A stretch of 64,000 nucleotides of DNA from an uncultured candidatus Porisulfidus sp. (GCA_965204575.1 OZ241993.1:1040586-1104585), one strand, 5' to 3'; positions 46,116 to 55,083 are shown, numbered from the stretch's first letter. The notes: generated by a model from the sequence alone, not told the origin. Made by a program: numbers and translations.

Positions 46116-47243
46116 TCAGTCCAGCAGTTTCCCGATGATGGCGCGGTAGACTTCGGCCAGCCGGTCGAGGTCCTCGACGGCGACGTGCTCGTCGATCTTG
46201 TGGATGCTGCGGTTGATCGGGCCGAATTCGACCACTTCGGCGCCGGTCGGCCGGATGAACCGTCCGTCCGAGGTGCCGCCTTCGGTGCTGAGCTCCGCTT
46301 CCGACCCCAGCACTTCCGATACGGCGTCCTGGCAGGTCCGGGTCAGGGTGCCGGGCGGCGTGCGGTAAGGCAGGCTCGCCTCCGCCCATTCGATCTGGTG
46401 CTCAAACCCGGCTTGCCCGAGAATCCCGGCGATCCGCTCTTTCAGTTCTTCGGCGGTGACTTCCGTCGAGTAGCGCAGGTTGAAGTCCGCGGTCAGTTCG
46501 CCCGGGACCACGTTGGCGGCGCCGCATCCGCTGTTGAGGTTGGAAACCTGGAACCGGGTCGGCTGGAAGTCCTCGTTGCCCTCGTCCCAGATGGTTTCGG
46601 TCAGTTCCACCAGGGCCGGCGCGAACCGGTGAATCGGGTTGTCGCACAGGGCCGGGTAGGCGATGTGGCCCTGGATGCCGCGAACCGTCAACCGCCCGGA
46701 CAACGAACCGCGGCGGCCGTTCTTGATGACGTCGCCAAGCCGTTCGCGGCAACTGGGTTCGGCGACGACGCACCAGGCAGGGATCTCCCGGCGCGCCTGA
46801 AGTCGCTCGACCGCGGCCCGGGTGCCGTGCACGGCCGGGCCTTCCTCGTCGCTGGTCAGCAGCAGGCCGATGGCGCCGGGGTGATCGGGCCGTTGCGCGG
46901 CGTACCGGGCGCAGGCGACCACCATTGCGGCGACGCCGCCCTTCATGTCGGCCGCGCCGCGGCCGTACAGGAGCCCGTCGCGGATCGCCGGGCTGAAGGG
47001 GTCGCTGCTCCACTGCTCGAGCGGGCCGGTCGGCACGACATCGGTGTGCCCGGCAAACATCAGCAACGGTTCGCTTTCGCCGTGGCGCAGCCACAGGTTC
47101 TGAACCTCGGCGAACGGCATGGGCTCGGCGACGAACCCATGGGGCGCGAGGTATTCGGCGATCAGGTCTTGGCAGCCCGCGTCTTCCGGCGTGACCGACG
47201 GCCGCTCGATCAGCGCGCAGGCGAGGTCCAGGACTTCCGGCAT
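46116..47243 (-). CDS. dapE: Succinyl-diaminopimelate desuccinylase
   Basis: M20 peptidase motifs (GHTDVVP, SDEEG). 375 aa. Confidence 0.9.
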   Translation of the reverse strand: MPEVLDLACALIERPSVTPEDAGCQDLIAEYLAPHGFVAEPMPFAEVQNLWLRHGESEPLLMFAGHTDVVPTGPLEQWSSDPFSPAIRDGLLYGRGAADMKGGVAAMVVACARYAAQRPDHPGAIGLLLTSDEEGPAVHGTRAAVERLQARREIPAWCVVAEPSCRERLGDVIKNGRRGSLSGRLTVRGIQGHIAYPALCDNPIHRFAPALVELTETIWDEGNEDFQPTRFQVSNLNSGCGAANVVPGELTADFNLRYSTEVTAEELKERIAGILGQAGFEHQIEWAEASLPYRTPPGTLTRTCQDAVSEVLGSEAELSTEGGTSDGRFIRPTGAEVVEFGPINRSIHKIDEHVAVEDLDRLAEVYRAIIGKLLD

Positions 47244-47244
47244 G

Positions 47245-47592
47245 CTACCGCTCCAGCGCCTGCGCCCAGGCCGTCTCGTCGAAGCCGACGCTCAACGTGC
47301 CTTCGGCATCGAGAAGCGGACGCTTCAGCAGGGTGGGGTGGGCGAGGAGCAACTCGACGGCAGTCGCGTCGGTCAGCCCGCTGCGTTCGTCTTCCGGCAG
47401 TCGTCGCCAGGTCGTGGAGCGGCGGTTCAGCAACGTGTCCATCCCAAGCCGGGCGGCCCAGTCTTCCAGTTGGGTGCGCGTCAGCCCGTCGGCGCGGGTG
47501 TCGTGGAAGCGGTAATCAATGGCCTGGCGTTCCAGCCACCGGCGTGCAGCCCGGACCCGGTCGCAGTTGGGGATGCCATAGACGGTCACCAT
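47245..47592 (-). CDS. ArsC/Spx-family protein (YffB-like)
   Basis: MVTVYGIPNCDRVRAARRWL with a CxxR motif. 115 aa, between dapE and dapD. Confidence 0.75.
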   Translation of the reverse strand: MVTVYGIPNCDRVRAARRWLERQAIDYRFHDTRADGLTRTQLEDWAARLGMDTLLNRRSTTWRRLPEDERSGLTDATAVELLLAHPTLLKRPLLDAEGTLSVGFDETAWAQALER

Positions 47593-47594
47593 GG

Positions 47595-48422
47595 TCAACT
47601 GTCGGCCGCTTCGCGCAGGAGCGCGTTGATGCCGACCTTGCTGCGGGTCTTCTGGTCGACCTGCTTGACGATCACCGCGCAGGCCAGGCTGTACTTTCCG
47701 TCGGAAGCGGGCAGCGAGCCGGGGACGACCACGGCGCCGGCCGGGACCCGGCCGTAGGAGACCTCGTCGCGTGCGCGATCGTAAATCCGGGTGCTCTGGC
47801 CGATGAACACGCCCATGGAGATGACCGCGCCGCGTTCGACGATTACGCCTTCCACGATTTCCGAGCGTGCGCCGATGAAGCAGCCGTCCTCGATGATGGT
47901 GGGGGCGGCCTGCAGCGGTTCCAGCACGCCGCCGATGCCGACGCCGCCGGAGAGATGGACGTTCTTGCCGACCTGGGCGCAGGAACCGACCGTCGCCCAG
48001 GTGTCCACCATGGTTCCGGAGTCGACGTAGGCCCCGATGTTCACGAAACTCGGCATCAGCACCACGCCGGGCGCGATGAAGCTGCCGAAGCGCGCGGTCG
48101 CGGGCGGCACGATGCGGACTCCGCCGCTGTCCAGTTCCTTTTCGCTGCCCAGGGCGAAGCGGCCGGCCACCTTGTCGCGGTAGCGGGTGTGCCCGCCATC
48201 GATGACCTCGTTGTCGGTGATGCGGAACGAAAGCAGCACGGCCTTCTTGAGCCACTCGTTGACGACCCAGCCGCCGCCGGCGGGCTCGGCGACCCTCAGG
48301 CGGCCGTCGTTGAGGTCCTGCAGGGCTTCCCGCACGGCGTCGCGAACGGGCTCGGGGGCGGAGTCCGGGGTCAGTTGCGCGCGTTCCTCGAACGCCTGCT
48401 CGATGGTGGACTGGAGGCTCAT
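47595..48422 (-). CDS. dapD: 2,3,4,5-tetrahydropyridine-2,6-dicarboxylate N-succinyltransferase
   Basis: Hexapeptide-repeat left-handed beta-helix region. 275 aa. Confidence 0.9.
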   Translation of the reverse strand: MSLQSTIEQAFEERAQLTPDSAPEPVRDAVREALQDLNDGRLRVAEPAGGGWVVNEWLKKAVLLSFRITDNEVIDGGHTRYRDKVAGRFALGSEKELDSGGVRIVPPATARFGSFIAPGVVLMPSFVNIGAYVDSGTMVDTWATVGSCAQVGKNVHLSGGVGIGGVLEPLQAAPTIIEDGCFIGARSEIVEGVIVERGAVISMGVFIGQSTRIYDRARDEVSYGRVPAGAVVVPGSLPASDGKYSLACAVIVKQVDQKTRSKVGINALLREAADS

Positions 48423-48612
48423 GAGAGAGGCCCGGCTGAAAGCATGGCGCGTATGTTAACAGGAAGGTCGCGAGAGGCGGGGGCGGGCGGGCCGGCGACC
48501 GATGATTTTTCACCGTTGCGGCCGGCGCGTCCGCCGCGCTTGGAGTGGCGCACACCCGCGCAGGGACAGCGGCACGGCATGTTGTATACTTAGGCGAAAC
48601 CACAATGGTAGC

Positions 48613-48631
48613 CCCCCCCCCCCCCCCCCCC
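48613..48631. repeat. Poly-C homopolymer tract (19 C) in the dapD/secB-like divergent intergenic region
   Basis: gccccccccccccccccccccctag, read directly from the sequence. Confidence 0.9.
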
Positions 48632-48862
48632 TAGAAAGAGTCTTCCCCCGCGCCTCCGCGGCGGGCATCGGGAACGTCCGCGGCACCGCCCCGCGCAGGG
48701 CTGGCCGCGCGAGACGGCGGTCGGGCACGTGGCGCGGCCATCGCCAGGCAGGGCGCGTTCTTTCATGCCGGCCTCAAGCGCCTGCCCAGACCGGGGTTTG
48801 ATAAAGAAAAAACTATTTGTTAAAATCCTGCCCATCATCGGGAAGTGGTATTTGCATCTTTA

Positions 48863-49285
48863 ATGGAACCTAACATCGTTATGCATGGCCGATACATACG
48901 GGATCTATCCTTCGAGAATTTCGGTGCGCCGGCCTTGCCGGGGGACGCCGCCCCCGTCTTCGACATCGACGTCGGGGTGGAGAGCAGGCGGGCCCGGGAC
49001 ATGCACGAGGTGATGCTGTTCGTCCAGGTCACCGCCCGGCGCGAGGAGCAGATCGCGTTCCTGATCGAGTTGAACTACGCCGGCCTGTTCCAGGTCCAGG
49101 ACCTGGACGAGCGGGAGACGCGGCGTTTCCTCCACACCGAGGCGCCGCGCATGCTGTTTCCGTTCGTCGACCGGATCTGCGCGGACGCGACCCGGGACGG
49201 CGGCCTGCCGCCGCTGGCCCTGACGACCCCGGACTTCGCCCTGCTGTACCGGGAACGCGAGGAGAAACCCGCCGCCATCGACTGA
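48863..49285 (+). CDS. secB: SecB-like export chaperone
   Basis: GRYIRDLSFEN..., HEVMLFVQVTARREEQIAFLIELNYAGLF and MLFPFVDRICADATRDGGLPPLALTTPDFALLY align with E. coli SecB. Confidence 0.7.
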   Translation: MEPNIVMHGRYIRDLSFENFGAPALPGDAAPVFDIDVGVESRRARDMHEVMLFVQVTARREEQIAFLIELNYAGLFQVQDLDERETRRFLHTEAPRMLFPFVDRICADATRDGGLPPLALTTPDFALLYREREEKPAAID

Positions 49286-49314
49286 CTACTGAGCCTGTGT
49301 GGAAGCTCAGCCAC

Positions 49315-50727
49315 ATGCAAGAATCCCCCCCCCCCCCCTCAAACCATAACCGGCCTGAACTAGGGCCCGGCGCGGCCCGCGCGCCGGTCCTGCGCCGTCG
49401 CCGTCGCGACGGGTGGCTGCCGCCGGAGAAACGCCGTGCGCGTTCCAGGACGCGGGTGCGCCGGCAGGTGGCGGTCAACGTGCTGGGGGTGTGCTCCATG
49501 CTTTCGCACTCGGTGGCGCCGTACCTGGCGGCGGTCGCCGCGAAAAGCACCACCGCGGTCGGCGCGGTCGGCACGTTCGCCGCCCTGGCGCCCGACGAGG
49601 CGGCGGCGCAAAACCCGGGCCCGGCGGGAGCCAAGGGCGACAAGGGCGACAAGGGCCAGGTGGGCATTCCTGGACGACCGGGCGACAAGGGCGAGGAGAT
49701 GGGCGCACCCCCCGGTGAGAAGGGCGCAACAGGCGTAAAGGGCTCGCCCGGCGGAGAAGGTCAGAAGGGCGATCAGGGACGGCCGGGCAATCGAGGCAGC
49801 CGAGGCATACCGGGCGAAGAGGGGGCGAAGGGCGTGCTGGGATTCAAAGGCCTTCCGGGAGGCGCTGGCGATCAGGGCTCGAAGGGCCCGAGGGGCGATC
49901 CAGGTCCGCAGGGCTCGGCGGGTGTCAAGGGCGATACGGGCCAGAAGGGCGACCCGAAGGCGATCGGTGCCAAGGGCGATACAGGCGAGGCGGGCGCACC
50001 GGGTGCACCGGGCACGCCGGGCGCGCAGGGTTCGCAGGGCGCACAGGGCGCACAGGGCGCGCCGGGCGCACCGGGCGCATCGGGCACGCCGGGCGCCAAA
50101 GGGGAGGCAGGCGCGGGCGGCTTCGATTTTTCCGAGCAGGGGAAGGCGCGGGTCCGGGAGAAGGCCCGGGCCCTGCGGGAATCGGAGAACCCGGCCGACC
50201 AGCGGATCGGTCGGCTGCTGGAAGGCATCCTGGACGAGCTGGCGCCGGCCGCGGGGGGACAGCTGCAGTCGCTGCAGTCCGCCGGCGGGCGGGCGCTGCA
50301 GACCGAGGAGCCGGCGAGTGACAGCCTGACCCTGCTGCGGTATGCCTCCCGCTCCGACACGCCCCGGGCGGAGCAGGCCGGGGCGCTGATGGGCAGCATC
50401 TTCCTGAACCAGCGGGACATCGCCGAGAATCGCCAGAACATCGAGAAGAACCGGCAGGACATCGCCGGGCTGCGGGACGAGGACTACAGGCTGCGCAACC
50501 GCTCGCGCGAGGGGACCGCCCTGGCCATCGCGCTCGGCGGCATCCACTTCCCGCTGGACAAGGACCGGTCCGTCTCGCTGCGCTTCGGGCGCTTCGAGGG
50601 CGAGGAGGCGCTGGCGCTGGGCGCGTCCTTCCGCCTGCGGGAGAACTGGCAGATCGATTTTGGCATGGGCCGGGGGCTGAGCTACCGGCAGAACGGCTAT
50701 TCCGCCGGGCTGAGCTACAGCCGGTAG
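49315..50727 (+). CDS. Collagen-like trimeric autotransporter adhesin, paralog 1: Gly-X-Y repeat stalk, coiled coil, YadA-like C-terminal anchor
   Basis: About 56 Gly-X-Y triplets ([21 protein letters not shown]...), with Lys and Pro frequent in the Y position. The C-terminus [69 protein letters not shown] matches the YadA anchor pattern. The start is uncertain: ATG 49315 reads through the poly-C tract, and ATG 49498 is a conservative internal alternative. Confidence 0.65.
   Translation: MQESPPPPSNHNRPELGPGAARAPVLRRRRRDGWLPPEKRRARSRTRVRRQVAVNVLGVCSMLSHSVAPYLAAVAAKSTTAVGAVGTFAALAPDEAAAQNPGPAGAKGDKGDKGQVGIPGRPGDKGEEMGAPPGEKGATGVKGSPGGEGQKGDQGRPGNRGSRGIPGEEGAKGVLGFKGLPGGAGDQGSKGPRGDPGPQGSAGVKGDTGQKGDPKAIGAKGDTGEAGAPGAPGTPGAQGSQGAQGAQGAPGAPGASGTPGAKGEAGAGGFDFSEQGKARVREKARALRESENPADQRIGRLLEGILDELAPAAGGQLQSLQSAGGRALQTEEPASDSLTLLRYASRSDTPRAEQAGALMGSIFLNQRDIAENRQNIEKNRQDIAGLRDEDYRLRNRSREGTALAIALGGIHFPLDKDRSVSLRFGRFEGEEALALGASFRLRENWQIDFGMGRGLSYRQNGYSAGLSYSR
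49325..49338. repeat. Poly-C homopolymer tract (14 C) at the 5' end of the first collagen-like adhesin gene
   Basis: aatcccccccccccccctc. It is in frame, encoding SPPPPS, if translation starts at ATG 49315. Confidence 0.9.
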
Positions 50728-50764
50728 GCGGCCCCTGAGACTGAACCACGAGGAGGTGAGGAAG

Positions 50765-52189
50765 ATGAGCAGCGAGGAGAAGAGGCGGCCGGATTCGGAA
50801 GACGGGCTTCCGCCCGAGTCGAGGGAGGCCGCGGGGCGCGCGCCGGTCCTGCGCCGTCGCCGTCGCGACGGGTGGCTGCCGCCGGAGAAGCGCCGTGCGC
50901 GCTCCGGGACGCGGGTGCGCCGGCAGGTGGCGGTCAACGTGCTGGGGGTGTGCTCCATGCTTTCGCACTCGGTGGCGCCGTACCTGACGGCGGTCGCCGC
51001 GAAAAGCACGACCGCGGTCGGCGCGGTCGGCACGTTCGCCGCCCTGGCGCCCGACAAGGCGGCGGCGCAGGACCCGGGCCCGCCGGGCCAGAAGGGCGAA
51101 AAGGGCGACGCGGGCGTACAGGGCGCGCCGGGTTCGCAGGGCGCGCCGGGTGGCGAAAAGGGCGGCCGGGGCGACATGGGCCAGAAGGGCGAGCCGGGTG
51201 ATCCGGGCGCCACGGGCGAGAAGGGTTCGCAGGGCTCACCCGGCAGGCGTGGCATCACCGGCAACAAGGGCGAGGAGGGTGATCCGGGCGCGACAGGTAG
51301 TCAGGGTCAGAAGGGCGTTTTCGGCGAGCCGGGTGATCCGGGTCCGCAGGGCGCGGCAGGTGATCCGGGTCAGAAGGGCGCGATGGGTCAGAAGGGCGAG
51401 GCCGGCGGCCCGCCGGGCCAGAAGGGCCAAAAGGGGACAGCCGGCACAGCCGGCCCGTCGGGCGCCGCCGGTGCGCCGGGCGCAGCCGGTGCGCCGGGCG
51501 CCGCCGGTGCGCCGGGCGCTGCCGGTGCATCGGGCGCCGCCGGTGCGCCGGGCGAGAAAGGCGATGCGGGCGCGGGCGGCCTTGACTTCTCCGAGGAGGG
51601 GAAGGCGCGGATCCGGACCACGGCCCAGATCCTGCAGAAATCGGAGAATCCCGCCGACCGGCAGATCGGGGAGCTGCTCGAGGAGGTCCTGGACGAACTG
51701 GCGCCGGCCGCCGAGGGACAGCTGCAGTCGCTGCAGTCGGCCGGCGGGCAGGCGCTGCAGGCCGGGGAGGAGCCGACGGGCGACAGCCTGGCCCTGCTGC
51801 GCTACGCCGCCCGCTCCGACGTCACCGGGGCGGAGCAGGCCGGGGCGCTGGTGGGCAGCGTGCTCCTGAACCAGCGGGACATCGCCGAGAATCGCCAGAA
51901 CATCGAGAAGAACCGGCAGGACATCGCCGGGCTGCGGCACCAGTACCGCGACCTGCGCGACCGCTCGCGCGAGGGGACCGCCCTGGCCATCGCGCTCGGC
52001 GGCCTGCGCGTCCCGGTGGCCCGGGACTGGGCCGTGTCGCTGCGCTTCGGGCGCTTCGAGGGCGAGGAGGCGGTCGCGCTGGGCGCGGCCTTCCGCCTGA
52101 AGGAGGGCTGGCAGGTCGATTTCGCGCTGGGCCAGGGCCTGAGTTACTCGCAGAACGGCTATGCCGGTGGCGTGAGCTACAGCTGGTAG
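50765..52189 (+). CDS. Collagen-like trimeric autotransporter adhesin, paralog 2
   Basis: A strong SD (AGGAGG) sits 8 nt upstream of ATG 50765. There is an Arg-rich N-terminal extension, a conserved hydrophobic leader, about 50 Gly-X-Y triplets, and a YadA-like anchor ending ...GVSYSW. Confidence 0.8.
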   Translation: MSSEEKRRPDSEDGLPPESREAAGRAPVLRRRRRDGWLPPEKRRARSGTRVRRQVAVNVLGVCSMLSHSVAPYLTAVAAKSTTAVGAVGTFAALAPDKAAAQDPGPPGQKGEKGDAGVQGAPGSQGAPGGEKGGRGDMGQKGEPGDPGATGEKGSQGSPGRRGITGNKGEEGDPGATGSQGQKGVFGEPGDPGPQGAAGDPGQKGAMGQKGEAGGPPGQKGQKGTAGTAGPSGAAGAPGAAGAPGAAGAPGAAGASGAAGAPGEKGDAGAGGLDFSEEGKARIRTTAQILQKSENPADRQIGELLEEVLDELAPAAEGQLQSLQSAGGQALQAGEEPTGDSLALLRYAARSDVTGAEQAGALVGSVLLNQRDIAENRQNIEKNRQDIAGLRHQYRDLRDRSREGTALAIALGGLRVPVARDWAVSLRFGRFEGEEAVALGAAFRLKEGWQVDFALGQGLSYSQNGYAGGVSYSW

Positions 52190-52199
52190 CCCGGTCGCG

Positions 52200-52832
52200 A
52201 TGGCGGTGCGGCGGCGGGCGGCGGAGGCGGCGATGCGGCACTTGCTGACGTACGAGGGGGCACGGGCGGACGGCTGCTGGCGGGAGGTCGCCCCGGACAT
52301 CCTGACCTTCCCGTTCTGGACCCCGGACTTCTGCGAGGAACTGGTGGCGGTGTCCGAGCTGCTCGACGAGTTCCGCCCGTACGCCCCCGACGTGGAGGGC
52401 AACGCCGCGCCGGGGCAGGAACTGCGGATCAACCGGATCAGCCCGCGCTTCGCGGAACAGTTCGAGACGCATTTCCAGGAGCGCGCGGCGCCGATCCTCC
52501 GCGTGCACTGGTGGCCGCTGAACCTGGGCAAGACGCGCATGCCCTTCGTGCTGCGCTACTCCGCCGACACGCAGGCCTCCCTCGACCCGCACCACGACGC
52601 CGCCATGGTGAGCCTGGCGATGCCGCTCAACGCCGGCTACGAGGGCGGGCACCTGACCTTCCCGCGCCAGCACTGGGACAGCCGCGAGGTCGAGGTCGGG
52701 CACGTGATCGCCTTTCCGAGCCGGGTCACCCACGTGCACTGGGTCACGCCGGTGACCTCCGGGACCCGCTACGCGATGACCTGCTGGCTGTCCGACCCGA
52801 ACGCCCAGCCCGACGATGCCATTCTCGCGTGA
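52200..52832 (+). CDS. 2OG-Fe(II) oxygenase homologous to the catalytic domain of procollagen lysyl hydroxylase (PLOD/LH)
   Basis: LDPHHDAAMVSLAMPLNAGYEGGHLTF...HVIAFPSRVTHVHWVTPVTSGTRYAMTCWLSDP parallels the human PLOD C-terminus ([29 protein letters not shown]...GTRYIMVSFVDP). HxD...H iron triad. Confidence 0.8.
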   Translation: MAVRRRAAEAAMRHLLTYEGARADGCWREVAPDILTFPFWTPDFCEELVAVSELLDEFRPYAPDVEGNAAPGQELRINRISPRFAEQFETHFQERAAPILRVHWWPLNLGKTRMPFVLRYSADTQASLDPHHDAAMVSLAMPLNAGYEGGHLTFPRQHWDSREVEVGHVIAFPSRVTHVHWVTPVTSGTRYAMTCWLSDPNAQPDDAILA

Positions 52833-54267
52833 GGAGCCGGCGGACGTCCCCGCCGTCCTTGTCGTCCACCTCGCGCGCCACCGGGAACGCCGCCGCCGCC
52901 TGTCCGCCCTGCTGAAGCGGCACGGGTTCGCGCACGTGAACTGGCTCGACGCGGTGGACGGCCGGGAGCTGGACCCCGCGCCGCCGTGGCGGGGCGCCGG
53001 CCTGCCGCCGGCCAACGCCTGGCCGAACTGGGCGGATCCGTACGCCCGCCGCGCCCTGACCCTGGGCGAGGTTGCCTGTACCCTGTCGCACGTGGCCGCC
53101 TGGCGGCGCATCGCGGACGAGGGCTACCCCGCCATCGTGCTGGAGGACGATGCGCTCCCGGTGGAGCCGCTGATCCGGGACCTGCCGGACCTGCTGGCGG
53201 ACCTCGATCACTTCGACTTCGACCTGTGCTACCTCGCCCAGCGCAACGCGCCGGGGCCGAAGGCGCTGATGGGCCGGCACGTGCACCTGGTCGACTACCA
53301 CCCGGTGTGGACGCTGGCCTACCTGCTGGCGCCGTCCGGCGCGGAGAAGCTGCTCGCCAGCCCCTGGCAGAGCCGGCTGGTCCCGGCCGACGAACTCCTG
53401 CCCGCCGCGTTCGGCCGGAACCGGGACCCGGAGATCAACCGGGCCTACGTCGGCGACGGCGGCATGGTGCTGTCCAGCAACCAGCGCTTCTTCACCCCGG
53501 CCGAGGGTTCGGAGAGCAGCGAGACCGAGAAGAGCCGGCCGGTGCGGGAGCCGGAATGCGGCCTGACGGGCCTGACCGTGGCGACCGAACGCCGCCCGGA
53601 ACTGCAGCGCCTGCAGGAGTCCGGCCTGCGCTACGGCCTGGAGATCGAGGCCCTGGGGCTGGGCCAGCCCTGGCGCGGCGGCGAGATGTCCGAGGGCACC
53701 GGCGGGGGACAGAAGATCAACCTGCTGCGCCCCGCCCTGCAGCGGCTGCCGCCGGAGCGGCCGGTGCTGTTCGTGGACGGCTACGACACCCTGATCTCCG
53801 GGCATGTCTCGGACATCCTGGGCGCCTGGCGGCAGACCTGCGACGGCCCGCTGTTCGCCGCCGAGGTCTACTGCTGGCCGGATCGCGACCGGGCCGACGA
53901 CTACCCTTCCGCGGCGACCCCCTACCGCTTCCTGAACTCCGGCGCCTTCATCGGCAAGGCCGGGGACCTGCTGCGCATCCTGGACGGGAAGATCGACGAC
54001 CGCGCGGACGACCAGCGCTACTACACCGAGCGCTTCCTGTCCGGCCGGCACGGCATGACGCTGGACACCGAGTGCCGGGTCTTCCAGTGCCTCAACGGCG
54101 CCCTGGACGACGTGCGGGCGGACGAGGGGCGGGGCATGCTGTTCAACCGGCGCACCGAGAACTGGCCGGCGGTGATCCACGCGAACGGCCCAAGCAAGGA
54201 GTGGCTGGAGAAGGACGGCCGGCCCGTGGGCGGCCGCTGGCGCCGCTACTACGGGGAGATGATTTGA
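52816..54267 (+). CDS. Bifunctional glycosyltransferase: N-terminal GT25 (collagen galactosyltransferase/LgtB-like) domain fused to a PLOD/LH3-type glycosyltransferase domain
   Basis: GT25 motifs VLVVHLARHRERR, LTLGEVACTLSHVAAWRRI and IVLEDD. The C-terminal half (LTVATE..LGLGQPWRGG..GGGQK..LFVDGYDTLISG..CWPD..YRFLNSGAFIG..YYTERFL..VFQCLNGALDDV..IHANGPSK) is colinear with the N-terminal GT domain of human lysyl hydroxylases. Confidence 0.8.
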   Translation: MPFSREEPADVPAVLVVHLARHRERRRRLSALLKRHGFAHVNWLDAVDGRELDPAPPWRGAGLPPANAWPNWADPYARRALTLGEVACTLSHVAAWRRIADEGYPAIVLEDDALPVEPLIRDLPDLLADLDHFDFDLCYLAQRNAPGPKALMGRHVHLVDYHPVWTLAYLLAPSGAEKLLASPWQSRLVPADELLPAAFGRNRDPEINRAYVGDGGMVLSSNQRFFTPAEGSESSETEKSRPVREPECGLTGLTVATERRPELQRLQESGLRYGLEIEALGLGQPWRGGEMSEGTGGGQKINLLRPALQRLPPERPVLFVDGYDTLISGHVSDILGAWRQTCDGPLFAAEVYCWPDRDRADDYPSAATPYRFLNSGAFIGKAGDLLRILDGKIDDRADDQRYYTERFLSGRHGMTLDTECRVFQCLNGALDDVRADEGRGMLFNRRTENWPAVIHANGPSKEWLEKDGRPVGGRWRRYYGEMI

Positions 54268-54286
54268 ATCTCTGGTTGAGGTAACG

Positions 54287-54709
54287 ATGAGCAAAAGAAT
54301 TTCAGCACTGGTCATCCTTGTCGCGCTGTCCCTGCCGCTGACCGCGCAGGCGCACGACAACCTCTTCAATCCGGGGCACCAGCACGGGCTTGAGGTCGAT
54401 GCCATTTCCGAGCGCAACAGAGGGTCTTTCTGCATCGTGTTCAAGGAATCTTCGGTCGAGTGTCCAGAGAAGTACAACAGCCTCAGAGGGTGCGCGTACA
54501 AGTGCCTGTACCGGGTATGGGCGGACTGGTCGGACGACCGGGGGAGTGGCCGCGAGGTCGATCATAACTGGAGCCGCTGCCATATTGCAGGCAGTCACAA
54601 CCCGGCGCTTGCGGCGGCGGAAGTCCGCATCACCAAGCCGCACTGGGCGACCGGGGCCTGGGGCGCGTATGTCCGCGCCGGGGATGACGGAGAAAAGATC
54701 GTGAGGTGA
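54287..54709 (+). CDS. Small secreted Cys-containing protein (signal peptide)
   Basis: MSKRISALVILVALSLPLTAQA signal peptide; 7 Cys residues; low-GC segment. Confidence 0.5.
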   Translation: MSKRISALVILVALSLPLTAQAHDNLFNPGHQHGLEVDAISERNRGSFCIVFKESSVECPEKYNSLRGCAYKCLYRVWADWSDDRGSGREVDHNWSRCHIAGSHNPALAAAEVRITKPHWATGAWGAYVRAGDDGEKIVR

Positions 54710-54737
54710 GACTGATGAACCCAAACAGGAGAAAATC

Positions 54738-55031
54738 ATGAAGAAAACCATACCCGCGCTGATCCTGATGCTGGCCTTGTCCCCGGCATACGGATTGGCA
54801 CCTAAACCCCGACCCCTTGTGGACATCTGCAAGGATCACTTCGAAAGAAGTTCCGCCTACCAGAGTTGCACCGATATTCAATATGCGGATGTCGGCGGCG
54901 GCTACTGCAAGGTCATGGCGTGGTGCCGCTCGGTAAATGAAACGCTATCTTCCACGTCCAAGAGGACAAAGCCGTCGGAGGCCGACGAACTGTACAACTG
55001 TCAGGGCCAGTTGACGATCAAGGTTTGCTGA
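54738..55031 (+). CDS. Small secreted Cys-rich protein (signal peptide)
   Basis: MKKTIPALILMLALSPAYGLA signal peptide, an SD (AGGAGA) upstream, and 8 Cys residues. Confidence 0.5.
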   Translation: MKKTIPALILMLALSPAYGLAPKPRPLVDICKDHFERSSAYQSCTDIQYADVGGGYCKVMAWCRSVNETLSSTSKRTKPSEADELYNCQGQLTIKVC

Positions 55032-55083
55032 TGGCCGGAGCAACGAGGCTAATCGTGAGCGGCGTGTTCGCCTGACCTGGGCC

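Noticed and set aside
49420-52100. The Gly-X-Y proteins as phage tail-fibre or collagen-like phage structural proteins, and the GC-rich GGC/GCG repeats as a possible CRISPR or tandem DNA repeat.
   Set aside because: There are no phage structural, terminase or integrase genes nearby. The C-terminal YadA-like anchors and signal-like leaders indicate outer-membrane adhesins. The repeats are coding triplet periodicity, with no spacer-repeat architecture.
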